The notes below the pieces were generated by a model. It did no database searches, had not been told where the DNA came from, and worked only from the letters and a program-made list of their open reading frames with translations. From Phoronis australis (Eukaryota; Animalia; Phoronida): 64,000 nt of DNA. The stretch spans positions 173,647 through 237,646 of the forward strand of contig NMRA01000493.1 of NCBI GenBank assembly GCA_002633005.1. The letters are read 5' to 3'. The translations under genes were made by a program, and so were the position numbers. Shown here in pieces: positions 25,224-37,639 of this stretch (the first letter of the stretch is position 1; the number at the start of each line of letters is the position of its first letter).

Positions 25224-25300
25224 ACCAACTCCAAGAGGGATTTGAACTCATGACCTCAGCAATCGCAGTCCAATGCTGGTGCCTGGTGTAGCTAAACTGC
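25224..25300 (-). mobile_element. Degenerate tRNA-derived SINE head
   Basis: The minus strand has TAGCTACACCAGG...GAGTTCAAATCCC (A- and B-box-like). Confidence 0.4.
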
Positions 25301-25764
25301 GATAAAGACACCGGTCTCAGTTGAAGGGAATTACTAACAGACGATGACCATAATTGGTGATTTGTAATATAATAAAAAATAAATAATTCCAAGAAGACCA
25401 TTCTGTTAAACAAAAATTTCATAAAATGCTTTTTCAGGAGAGCAGACTATTGCTGACAGTATACACCACGTGAAGCAACAAAACTTCGAAATTTGTTTAT
25501 TACTCTCGTATCAAAACCGCACAGACAATTATTCAAAAACACTAAGTCTTGTTTATCTCATATCTTAGTGAATAGACAGAGATACATTGAGTCAATGATA
25601 AGATACTCGTAGACAGTGGAAACTGGGAGGACACAGGTGAGGTCATCAGTTCCCATCAATAGTATTTTCCCAAATTTTGTCAGGTTACATGATCTTGTCC
25701 ACGATTAAAAAAGTATGGAAATAAAAACAAAGACCACAACTGAAAAAATAGCCAGTGTAATTAT

Positions 25765-26269
25765 CAGGGCTTGGAATGACCAATGACAAAAAACGCGGAA
25801 ACTTTTACGGGCCAAATCATGCCCAATAACCAGCCTTGAAATGGTCAATGTGAACCTTTCCGCGACAAAAATCGAGAGGACTAAAAAAAAAAAAAAAAAA
25901 ACGTTACCACCATCAGTAGCATGCGTCTGCGTCCTTTTAGCTCGCCCGTCCTCTCCCAACCCACACATTTTTGGCTGCAAAGCGGTAGTATTTGTCGCCG
26001 CGCTTAACAATAACACGAGACGCCATTGAAAATCCCACCGTGCTTTCCCAGATGCCCGGCAATGTTGACAATTTACGTTCCTCCGAAACATAAAGAGCAA
26101 CTTCCGCTTTTCGAGGTGAACGTCGTCTGCAACGCCGCGGTAAGAAAGGAATTTGCCGCGGAAATTTTATATCAAATCCGATTTTTTTATGCGGAAATAT
26201 TATAAAAAAGCGGAAAGCACATTTGAAAAAAGCGGAAATCCGCGTTTCCGCGGAAAATTCCAAGCCCTG
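25765..26269. mobile_element. CAGGGCTTGGAAT-terminal MITE with 6-bp TSD (hAT-like)
   Basis: AATTAT|CAGGGCTTGGAAT...ATTCCAAGCCCTG|AATTAT, a perfect 13-bp TIR. Confidence 0.85.
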
Positions 26270-26751
26270 AATTATACTGGTTGTAATATAATTACAGTAT
26301 ATGTCAAAGTATTCACTACAGATAAAATGACCTGCAAATCCTCGTCATGGCGGCTGCGCAGAAGCTAAATTCACTTAAGAGTTGTCTTCCCTCATGATCA
26401 AGAATGACTGAGAATTCAGATGGCTAAGCCATTCTGTAGTTAGAACTTTGCCAACATAATAGTTACTACCAATAATTTGTTTTTAAAAGAATTAAATGGG
26501 AAAATAGCACTTTGCTCGATTACTTTTGTCTTACACTTTAGACACGAGGTCCAGAGAGCACATTACAAGATTATGCTCAATTTGTTAAAGAGCTCTGAGC
26601 CTGTCTGGTTACAAAATTAACTTTTGAATCCAAACACTTAACACTGGTCTTGTAGTTAGATTTGAGAGGATTTTCGACCTGGCAACCCATTATTGCTTGA
26701 GATATGGCTCGAGCAGTTTGCTTGCCACAGTACAGTGCCGTGCACACAGAC

Positions 26752-27100
26752 AACCTAGAACAAATTATTCCAGGAACGAGTTGTCACTAGGTTTGACGGC
26801 TATGTGGACGCTATTTAAACTAGTGCAACTTGCCCCACTTGCGACAACTTACTCCAACTTATGGAGGTAGCTAACTTGTGCCTATTCTAATCACTATTTA
26901 AACTAGTGCAACATGGCCCACTGGTGACAACTTACTCCACCTTATCGAGGTAGGGATACTTGTACTAGGGTAACTTGGACCACTTCTAATCCGTGTAGCT
27001 GCAAACCTAGAGCAACGCAAAAGTATCTGCAAACTGTATTCGCATTAGCTGTCCATTGCCATACACACAGCGATAACTTCTGCCTTACCCTAGTTATCGG

Positions 27101-27135
<35 letters not shown>

Positions 27136-27206
27136 TGTATGCGTGCGTGTGCGGACGCTCCACTTAAAAGTGGGGTAAGTTGCACTAGTGCAAGTTGTTC
27201 TAGGGT
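26752..27206. mobile_element. MITE-like element with internal repeats and a GT microsatellite
   Basis: CCTAGAACAA...TTGTTCTAGG ends, repeated CTAGTGCAACTT(G/A)CCCCACT motifs in both orientations, and (GT)n at ~27102-27131. Confidence 0.45.
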
Positions 27207-27627
27207 AGGCGGTGTGTGACCAAGACAAAGTCAATTAAAGTAGCAAGCCGGAACTCCAGCACTAATGAACTATAAATTCTTACCATACCCATAATAAAAC
27301 ACTTCTCATCCGATTAAAGATGACAATGAGACCACTTTTACCAAGGTTAACAAAAGTTAGTTTCTTAAAATTGATGGAAGGCAGGGAATTATAGCAGCAT
27401 CCATGATACTTTAAGTGAAACAGAGCATGCCTTAAACAAAATTCATTTCATGGTTTCATAACACGAGCATGCAACCAACGCTTTTAAGACCTTGCCTGAT
27501 TTTTCACCACGTACGCTCAGTGTTCACCACTGACAGCTGTTGCAGCAGCGAGTTTGAATTTTGTCGTGAAAAGTTTGGCCCACTTGCGTTGAATTTGAAA
27601 AAAAAATGCAACAAGTTTAAACTCCCC

Positions 27628-28198
27628 GTCGACATACCTTGATCGGTTGGCAAAGGTCAGAATGCCAACACACAGTTGACCAACAGTGATCGGTCAGTAA
27701 AGGTCAAAATGCCAACTATGAGCCGACCTACCTTGATTGGTCAGTTAAGGTCAGAAGGCCAACACACAGTCGACCGACCTCTTGATTGTTTGATGAAGGT
27801 CAGAATGCCAACACACAGTCAACTTATCGGTTGGCAGAGATCAGAATGCAACACACAGCTGTCCTACCTTGATCGGTTAGCAAAGGCCCGAATGCCAACA
27901 CACAGTTGATCAACCTTGATCGGTCAGTAAAGGTCAGAACACAAACACAAATTCCACTTCGAGGTTAGAATGCCAACACAGTCGACCTACCTCGATTGGT
28001 CAGTAAAGATGAGAATGTCAACACACAGTCGAACTACCTTGATTGGTCGGAAAAGATCAGAATATCAATACACAGTCGACTTATCAGTCAATAGAGGTAA
28101 GAACGCCAACACACAGCCGATTTATTGGTCCGTAAAGGTCAGAATGTCAACACACAATTGACCTACCTTGATTGGTCGGTAGAGGTCAGGAAGTGCCT
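27628..28198. repeat. ~47-bp degenerate minisatellite derived from the SLC7 exon 8 / intron 8 junction
   Basis: About 12 units resembling GTCGACCTACCTTGATTGGTCAGTAAAGGTCAGAATGCCAACACACA. The outermost unit is the real exon end plus donor (GACCTACCTTGATTGGTCGGTAGAGGTCAG). Confidence 0.85.
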
Positions 28199-28316
28199 TT
28201 CTCAAGTAGAGCAGACCACACACGGAGAATGTGATGAAGGCGGACTCAACAAACGTTGCATAGTTGATTAGCGTATAGACATCGCTGGTGCACAGCATTA
28301 CTAGAGACATAATGCA
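28167..28316 (-). CDS. SLC7 transporter exon 8
   Basis: CIMSLVMLCTSDVYTLINYATFVESAFITFSVCGLLYLRKALPDLYRPIK. Acceptor tccag, donor gtaggt, 150 nt. Confidence 0.92.
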
Positions 28317-29589
28317 CTGGAAAACAACACAAAAAACAATAAAAGAACAAAAAAACAAGTCAGGCGGTAAAATCTCACCAATTTTGAAGACATTGGTAAA
28401 ATTGCCTTTGTCATTTTCAAGGATTGCTAACACTGCTGTGAATGTTGAGAATTTCTCAAATTATGGTCAGATGGAAACATTACTATAGTTCAGAATTTGA
28501 AAGTGGAAAAATTTACCTGGTGCAACTTATCTTTCAAGGAGAAAATTTCATTTGTTCGCCATGTTGTCTTAAAATGGTGAGTTCATACTGTACCTTGAGG
28601 GCGTATATGAAAAGTTTCCAAAAATATGAGCTGATCACATAAATATGTATATGCCTTAGTTGAACTCAGCAAATTTCCCCAATTTCACAAGAAATCTAAT
28701 TTTAAAACTTTGATTGCCTTCCATACAATATTTCATCACATCAACAGGGCAGAATGTTTGCAAATATCCACTTATGGTTGAATAGGACCTTATATCAAAA
28801 ACTGACAAATATTTTCAAAATTAAGTAAAAGTATTTATTTTGTGAAAGTAGAAAGCCTGAAGAATTGATTTTTGACATTTTAACAATCTCTCGTCAACCG
28901 AGACACAAGAGCATGTCTTTTTAGTAAAATTTAGCAAAGGCATCAATAAAATAAATGACATAAATGTTCCTGATGAAATCTCAAAAATGCAATTACATCA
29001 ATTTTGGTAGCCCCCCCTTAGAAAAATTCCAACTGTTTTGGAGAACAATGCATAGAACACAGTATTTGAAAGTTTCGTATGACTACGATCAACCACTTTT
29101 GAGATATGATGTTCCAAAGTTAACCAAATTTGGACATTTTCCTTGAGCACGAGTCCTACATAACCTTATAAGTCTGTTACAGTATTCATACGCCCAGACA
29201 TTTACTAACAGTATTCATACGCCCAGACATTTACTCCTCAGTCAACTAAACTTTGAACCCAAACACGCCGTCAAATATGGAAGTCCTATACCATTCACTA
29301 AATTCACATGCACCAACTTCACCTTGGTTCATTAGAAGCAACAACTGGAAAACAAGTACATTTCTTCTTGCCTAAGAGTTGAGTACTTTCATCAAACATA
29401 TGCAGCATTGAATAAAGACTTTTGTTGAAAATGTACAACAGGAGTCAGTTACATAGAAGATACCTAAGTGTCCAGAGCAACAATGGCAGGTCACTTTGAC
29501 ATTGCTGCCATCTATTGGTTATCAAGGAGAAAAGTTTGAGTTCAGAATGTCAAAGCATAGACAACTGGGATTGTTCTGAGAAGCTCTAG

Positions 29590-30336
29590 ATTTAAAAAAA
29601 GAAACACTGAGGGGTTGACATGCACCCACGGTGTATCGCATGCAATATGTTTCAGTCTGAAAATCAACTGGTGCCAACACACTCAATGAAATCCATCAAT
29701 CGGTTCTTTAGATATCTAGAAACGGTCTACCACCAAAGAACACTTGAAAAAGCCCAAAGTTGAAAACTGAGTGGCCACTAGGAGGTGCTACAGAGGTCAA
29801 GTCTGCATTGCCATCACATATCTCTGTGTCAACTTTCATTGAAATCCTTCAATCAGTTTTCTACATATGATACGGAAATGCTTTCTAGGCAACTAGGATG
29901 CACTGCAGTAGTTGAATTCGCCAGAAAATCAAATGCCGCTGGCACATTCACATGATATACATCTGTGTCAAGTTTCATTGAAATCTGCCAATTGGTTCTT
30001 TAGATATAATCCGGAAACGCTCTTCCTCTGAACAACACTTGAAAAGCCCCTTGTTGAGAGCAGTATCGCCACTAGATGTCACAGTGGTCGCATCCGCCCG
30101 AAAATTTAACAATGCCAGCACAACCTTTGTGTCAAGTTTCATTGAAATCCGTCAATGCGTTCTTTGGATATCATCTGGAAATGCTCTTCACACAAAATGA
30201 GATACTGAGCAGACCCCCAGACAATCGGGCAAAGTGACAACAATATATGACCAGACACACGCACACACACACGCACGCACGCATGCACACACACACACAC
30301 ACACGTGTGTATGTGTATATGTATGCCCATAAAAAT
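29590..30336 (-). mobile_element. HINE-like element with core repeats and a CA microsatellite
   Basis: Repeated GTCAAGTTTCATTGAAATC units and GCCACTAG motifs, a (CA)n tract, and the end CCCATAAAAAT like the other copies. Confidence 0.5.
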
Positions 30337-30515
30337 CATCAAAATTCATCTGGCTTCTTTATTAAGAGAAATCAGACGAAAACCAATCACTTCAAAATTA
30401 CCTCAACATTTTTGCCGGGATGAGAAGGAATATCAGATGTATTGAAAGCTACTTCAATATAGCCCAATGTTTGCCCGACAAGTGCTTTCACTATGTTCAC
30501 ACACGACATGCTTAC

Positions 30516-30612
30516 CACAAAAAGAAGTGATGGTAGTGGAGTGCAGTGTTTCAGGTTGATCATGGCGATGGCATCGGGAAGGTGACCTTCACGAGCACCA
30601 ACAAAGAACAGC
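30516..30612 (-). CDS. SLC7 transporter exon 7
   Basis: [33 protein letters not shown]. Acceptor ttcag, donor gtaagc, 97 nt. Confidence 0.93.
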
Positions 30613-31273
30613 CTGAAATAGCGCAAATGATACGTTGGGATTGCCAAGTGGAAATCATTTGCCTGGGCAATGAAAAGTTTCACACTATTTTCTACCTGAT
30701 GTACTGAAAATAAGCAGGACAATTAGCAGACGTTTTTATCAATGGAGTGTTAATACTTCTTAACATTTTTTCAAACTCATCATATAAATATGAAAAGGAA
30801 CAAACCCATATGCATATTAATTAAGTCATTAATTAAACATACAGAACTGCATAATTCAATTATTGAAGTGCCACAAAGCACAAATCAGGTAAAGCCATAG
30901 TTGAAGATAAATTTTCACTTTTAAGTATTAATCAATGGTCTCCATTTGGTCCAAAGAATTATCATTCCTAACAAGGCACATTAACTCTCATTGCTAAAAG
31001 AACAACTTAAAGCGAGCAAACAATTCTACCCAATACTTGTACCAAAACAATGGTTTTTATTATGCACCTGCATGTGGTCTTAAGAAAGGCCTTCTCAGCA
31101 AAGTACAACTATTTTTTCCACCTTTGCACTAAATATGAGTAATATAATAATTAAAAGTCACAATGAGGTGCAGGCATTGTTTTTGTTCGAATATTCAAAT
31201 GTCACACGAGTTTACGAAAACATTGTTCAGGTGCATAGTCACAAACTCAGCCAAGTAGAGTGAGCTAAGTTGC

Positions 31274-33964
31274 TGACCACCTTGTAAGCTACAATCACGG
31301 TGTTCTTTGCGGTACATTGAGGTAGGGTTGACCACCTTGTAAGCTACAATCACGGTGTTCTTTGCGGTACATTGAGGTAGGGTTGACCACCTTGTAAGCT
31401 ACAATCACGGTGTTCTTTGCGGTACATTGAGGTAGGGTTGACCACCTTGTAAGCTACAATCACGGTGTTCTTTGCGGTACATTGAGGTAGGGTTGACCAC
31501 CTTGTAAGCTACAATCACGGTGTTCTTTGCGGTACATTGAGGTAGGGTTGACCACCTTGTAAGCTACAATCACGGTGTTCTTTGCGGTACATTGAGGTAG
31601 GGTTGACCACCTTGTAAGCTACAATCACGGTGTTCTTTGCGGTACATTGAGGTAGGGTTGACCACCTTGTAAGCTACAATCACGGTGTTCTTTGCGGTAC
31701 ATTGAGGTAGGGTTGACCACCTTGTAAGCTACAATCACGGTGTTCTTTGCGGTACATTGAGGTAGGGTTGACCACCTTGTAAGCTACAATCACGGTGTTC
31801 TTTGCGGTACATTGAGGTAGGGTTGACCACCTTGTAAGCTACAATCACGGTGTTCTTTGCGGTACATTGAGGTAGGGTTGACCACCTTGTAAGCTACAAT
31901 CACGGTGTTCTTTGCGGTACATTGAGGTAGGGTTGACCACCTTGTAAGCTACAATCACGGTGTTCTTTGCGGTACATTGAGGTAGGGTTGACCACCTTGT
32001 AAGCTACAATCACGGTGTTCTTTGCGGTACATTGAGGTAGGGTTGACCACCTTGTAAGCTACAATCACGGTGTTCTTTGCGGTACATTGAGGTAGGGTTG
32101 ACCACCTTGTAAGCTACAATCACGGTGTTCTTTGCGGTACATTGAGGTAGGGTTGACCACCTTGTAAGCTACAATCACGGTGTTCTTTGCGGTACATTGA
32201 GGTAGGGTTGACCACCTTGTAAGCTACAATCACGGTGTTCTTTGCGGTACATTGAGGTAGGGTTGACCACCTTGTAAGCTACAATCACGGTGTTCTTTGC
32301 GGTACATTGAGGTAGGGTTGACCACCTTGTAAGCTACAATCACGGTGTTCTTTGCGGTACATTGAGGTAGGGTTGACCACCTTGTAAGCTACAATCACGG
32401 TGTTCTTTGCGGTACATTGAGGTAGGGTTGACCACCTTGTAAGCTACAATCACGGTGTTCTTTGCGGTACATTGAGGTAGGGTTGACCACCTTGTAAGCT
32501 ACAATCACGGTGTTCTTTGCGGTACATTGAGGTAGGGTTGACCACCTTGTAAGCTACAATCACGGTGTTCTTTGCGGTACATTGAGGTAGGGTTGACCAC
32601 CTTGTAAGCTACAATCACGGTGTTCTTTGCGGTACATTGAGGTAGGGTTGACCACCTTGTAAGCTACAATCACGGTGTTCTTTGCGGTACATTGAGGTAG
32701 GGTTGACCACCTTGTAAGCTACAATCACGGTGTTCTTTGCGGTACATTGAGGTAGGGTTGACCACCTTGTAAGCTACAATCACGGTGTTCTTTGCGGTAC
32801 ATTGAGGTAGGGTTGACCACCTTGTAAGCTACAATCACGGTGTTCTTTGCGGTACATTGAGGTAGGGTTGACCACCTTGTAAGCTACAATCACGGTGTTC
32901 TTTGCGGTACATTGAGGTAGGGTTGACCACCTTGTAAGCTACAATCACGGTGTTCTTTGCGGTACATTGAGGTAGGGTTGACCACCTTGTAAGCTACAAT
33001 CACGGTGTTCTTTGCGGTACATTGAGGTAGGGTTGACCACCTTGTAAGCTACAATCACGGTGTTCTTTGCGGTACATTGAGGTAGGGTTGACCACCTTGT
33101 AAGCTACAATCACGGTGTTCTTTGCGGTACATTGAGGTAGGGTTGACCACCTTGTAAGCTACAATCACGGTGTTCTTTGCGGTACATTGAGGTAGGGTTG
33201 ACCACCTTGTAAGCTACAATCACGGTGTTCTTTGCGGTACATTGAGGTAGGGTTGACCACCTTGTAAGCTACAATCACGGTGTTCTTTGCGGTACATTGA
33301 GGTAGGGTTGACCACCTTGTAAGCTACAATCACGGTGTTCTTTGCGGTACATTGAGGTAGGGTTGACCACCTTGTAAGCTACAATCACGGTGTTCTTTGC
33401 GGTACATTGAGGTAGGGTTGACCACCTTGTAAGCTACAATCACGGTGTTCTTTGCGGTACATTGAGGTAGGGTTGACCACCTTGTAAGCTACAATCACGG
33501 TGTTCTTTGCGGTACATTGAGGTAGGGTTGACCACCTTGTAAGCTACAATCACGGTGTTCTTTGCGGTACATTGAGGTAGGGTTGACCACCTTGTAAGCT
33601 ACAATCACGGTGTTCTTTGCGGTACATTGAGGTAGGGTTGACCACCTTGTAAGCTACAATCACGGTGTTCTTTGCGGTACATTGAGGTAGGGTTGACCAC
33701 CTTGTAAGCTACAATCACGGTGTTCTTTGCGGTACATTGAGGTAGGGTTGACCACCTTGTAAGCTACAATCACGGTGTTCTTTGCGGTACATTGAGGTAG
33801 GGTTGACCACCTTGTAAGCTACAATCACGGTGTTCTTTGCGGTACATTGAGGTAGGGTTGACCACCTTGTAAGCTACAATCACGGTGTTCTTTGCGGTAC
33901 ATTGAGGTAGGGTTGACCACCTTGTAAGCTACAATCACGGTGTTCTTTGCGGTACATTGAGGTA
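31274..33964. repeat. Perfect 55-bp tandem array, ~49 copies, ending at an ambiguous base (N at 33965)
   Basis: Unit TGACCACCTTGTAAGCTACAATCACGGTGTTCTTTGCGGTACATTGAGGTAGGGT. No variant units were seen. Confidence 0.97.
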
Positions 33965-33965
33965 N

Positions 33966-34415
33966 GTGTGTGCAGCGAACATTTTCCTGCTGGAAAAAAG
34001 ACTTATGAGAACAACATTCCGACGGAGTTTCCACTTAAAATTAACGTCTCTAGCATATCCACGACGAAAGCTACAAAAGTTAAGCAACCAAAGAACTCTC
34101 AACTTGTCTGAAATAGTAGGAGATTTCGAAATCAACACCGATAACCCCAATACTGAACACGGCGACAGTCGTGCTCTCGGTCACACGGTCACTAATCATA
34201 GCTACGCTGTGTTTACAAACGAGAGAGAGGACTTGCTTGGTATTATAAAGCAAAAAATGAAACATGGTTTTTAGTTTGCAAATCACTCCAAATGTACACA
34301 CTATCCAGCCTGCTCAAGACATGCCTGACCACAACCTATCCCATGAGCCTTCGCGTAGGAAGTAACTCGCACATGCGCAATGCGTAGTTCGTCTGCGCTG
34401 CAAATCCGCTATTGC
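33966..34415 (+). pseudogene. THAP-domain C-terminal fragment of a transposon
   Basis: Directly after the N, the plus frame reads VCSEHFPAGKKTYENNIPTEFP (THAP CxxHF...AVPTIF-like). A later NHSYA resembles the (D/E)HxY motif. The region ends GCAAATCCGCTATTG. Confidence 0.55.
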
Positions 34416-34419
34416 AGAC

Positions 34420-35060
34420 ACATTTATAGGAAAATAATAACAAAATTTGACAAAAATCTGGAAAAATAATCAGTTGCTACAGCCATGGATGTCAAAAAAT
34501 ACAACATCACCATTCCACGGAACCGCAGTTGTCAGACCAATCTGAAAATCAATGTCAGCCATGGTGTTCCACCAGGAACACAACTGCAAGTTTCATAGTG
34601 ATCCTTCAAGAGTACACCAGATAAAGAGGAAGATGCCAAAAAGGAACTTGTAATACTAAAAATGACCACTAGGTGGTACAAAATACCTCAGATCTACCCA
34701 AAAATGGAAACGCATTGCTGTCCCCCATGATTTTCACAAACATCCATCAATGAACTTCAAAGATACAGAGCCAAACAAAAAGAAAACAAAAATTGCCACT
34801 AGGAGGCTCAGCTGCAGTTGGATTGGTCTGCCACTTGTCATCATCTCCACAGAAAAACGTCTGCCAAATTTCACAAAGATGCGGCAAAGGGTTAAGGAAA
34901 CAAAACTGAGAATGCAAAAAATTGCTACTAAGGTTCACCAGTGTAGTCAAACACATCCAAAAATTAATGTCAGCCGCAGCCTTCTCATCAGAAAAAAATC
35001 TACCAACTTTCATCACGATCCTTTGAGCAGTTTGGCAAATAGAGGTAAGCGCAAAAACCT
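34420..35060 (-). mobile_element. HINE-like core-repeat fragment
   Basis: Same units as 37640-42893 (AAATTGCCACTAGG..., GATACAGAG, GATCCTTTGAGCAGTTTGG). Confidence 0.55.
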
Positions 35061-35335
35061 CAATAGGGTGACATGCAGCCTAAGTACAGTAAATCTCACA
35101 TACGTCGGACGTGTAGAAGTCAGATTTTCACTTAATTCAGACTAAAGTTCCATAGTACGGTTGTTCCAAGTCGTGTACTCGGCACTTCAGATAAGTAAGA
35201 TATTAACTTACTCGAATGAAATGTTTCCAAATGGTTGGATCTGACTTATGTGAGTTATACTGTAGTCATTTCCAAGCATACAAAATATAAATGTCAATAG
35301 TTACATATCTCATGTTTCTGAACCTCTTATCTTAC

Positions 35336-35439
35336 CTGGATGATGTGAAGATGGCTCCGTTTAAAGCACCAAAGGTGGAGCAGGCAACAAACACAGGCAT
35401 GATCCATGACATCACTCCCAGCATACGATTACTGAATGT
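35336..35439 (-). CDS. SLC7 transporter exon 6
   Basis: [35 protein letters not shown]. Acceptor tgcag, donor gtaaga, 104 nt. Confidence 0.93.
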
Positions 35440-36353
35440 CTGCAATACAATAGTAGTAAGTTTGGTAACAGCCCTTCGTTTACACAAACTTCGTTAAAAA
35501 CACAACTAGACTTTTTGTTTGCAAGCTTGATACTGGTACGCTCGTAATTTCAGAACAGTCTCCTTTCTTCAGGCGTGCAGGTATGAAGTAAAACACTGAG
35601 AGACATAACTAACAAACAAATTAAAACGCTAGCTATATTTCGAGACTGCATGTTTTGAGACTGCATGTGTCATCATCATGTCTCAGAGGTCAACAGTTCA
35701 TTGTAACATATGAGGCACACACCGGGAAGACTGAAAGAAACCAACAGTCTACAAAATGGAGAATAGAAATCGAGTATCTGTGGTTAAAGCATGACGTGAG
35801 CACTAGATCGAAAAAGCAAAATTTTAGATTACAAGTGAAATGAATGAATTTGGGTGAGGATTTATATTTTTTCACAACTTACTGTATTGATGCGGCGAGT
35901 CGGTGCATTCGCCATAACGTTATCAATAGTCGTATGTACGCTGACCTGCAACTCATTCCGGATCAAAACTACATTTTGTCTTCGTTTCGATAGCATCTTT
36001 CCACCCTATGTTCACCTCGTTGACTCAATATTGTGGCGACTCGGTGAATGAAACGACTGTAAATTGTGGGAAAAAGCACACGCCAAGCAAGAGACCCGAT
36101 TTGAGGGACAACTCTGTAACCTTCGACCTTGGATAAGTAATAACAAATTCTCACAGAAATGAAGGTAGCTCTGCTAAATCTTTTTTTCTTGCTACATGGC
36201 ATTTATTTCATATTTGAAGTTCCTAAAGAAGGAAGCCAAGGTATTTTGCTAGACATCTGCGACACATTGTAAAAACGGCAAAAATAAGGTTTGAACCTTA
36301 AAAGTGACAATGCTAGAAAGGTGTAGTTAATATTCTAAAGGCTTCATAATTAC

Positions 36354-36477
36354 CACAGCAACGGCACTGGAATCGAGCATCTCCTGAGGTGTCAGAACAG
36401 CAAAGTAGGCGATGTTGGCCAGCACGTAAATGGCCGTCACCATAGGCATTGAGATCCAAATGGCACGGGGGAGATTC
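36354..36477 (-). CDS. SLC7 transporter exon 5
   Basis: [41 protein letters not shown]. Acceptor tctag, donor gtaatt, 124 nt. Confidence 0.93.
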
Positions 36478-37639
36478 CTAGAAAAAATAAACTTCACACT
36501 TATGTGACTGGCAACAGACCTTTGAGGGAGAATTCACAGTTATCTCAATCGTCTTAGGGACCATTCATAATATAACTAGGGACGATTTACAATAATTATT
36601 GCCAAATTCACGAGGGTACGATAAATGTGCAAGTTTTCCCCACCTCCCTCCACCGAAGCGTACATACAAACTGTCGCCATCTATTGACCAGTATTTATTT
36701 ACGGTAGGTAATTAGTATGTTGCAAATATCAACCATTACAAAACCACCAGGATGCCCCCATCAAAGAATAATATGATAGCTAAGCTGTTGTTTGTTTTGC
36801 CATATTTCAATTATGTGAAAAAGAGACAGTAAATAACAGTTTGCTATGAACCTCTACCTCTGAAATTTGTGTTTTGTACAATTCTGACAGTGCAATAATT
36901 ATTGGTAATAATAGCCGTACATTCATTTGTCGTATCACATTAACTCATATCAGATACATTGATCTCACCAAAACCCGACAATAGAATAACTCAACATATA
37001 AGTCACAAAAAATATGAAGAAATTCCATGATATTTCGTAGGCCTTAACTTTTTTCTACAACCAAATTTTCAGGCAAAACAGCACAAGTAACAGAAAACAT
37101 TAAGCACATTGACTGTAGATAACGAAACAAAGAAAGATACATTTGAATTTCCTGAGGAAAAAATGGGTCAGCTCCATAAACATACACGGTTTTCTCAGAA
37201 AGAAAATTGTCAAGTCACTACAAACTATAACTTTCTGTGATCATCAAGTATTTCGAATGCAACGGTACGTGGCTTCATGGCTTCAGAGCTTGAAGATGCC
37301 AAGACTCAAGAAAAACGTGCGTCTGCAAGCACAGCCGTGACCACCAACATGCTGACTTTTTAGATCTCGGCAGTTCCAGGATGGGGAAAACTTAGGGTGG
37401 TAAGACACCTCCCCCCACCACAACTAAATCTGCCACTGATGCATGTCAAGAAAGCGCTGACCTATTTCTGAACAAACAGATGCTGAAAAGGCATTATACT
37501 GAATTTGTTTCCAATGAAGCATTTGAGCATTAACCATATGGAGCCTCATTATGCCACATTTGAGCATAGCGGTAGTCAGAGCTGTCCAAAGTCTTGGGCA
37601 GCCACTAACACATGTATGGGAAAACATGTGCAAAAATTC

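Noticed and set aside
31274-33964. CRISPR array
   Set aside because: The units are identical head-to-tail with no unique spacers, there are no cas genes, and the context is a eukaryotic intron.
31274-33964. let-7 miRNA gene or precursor cluster on the plus strand
   Set aside because: Only nt 1-8 and 11-15 of let-7 are present, and the unit has only a very short stem (AGGT...ACCT), not a pre-miRNA-length hairpin.
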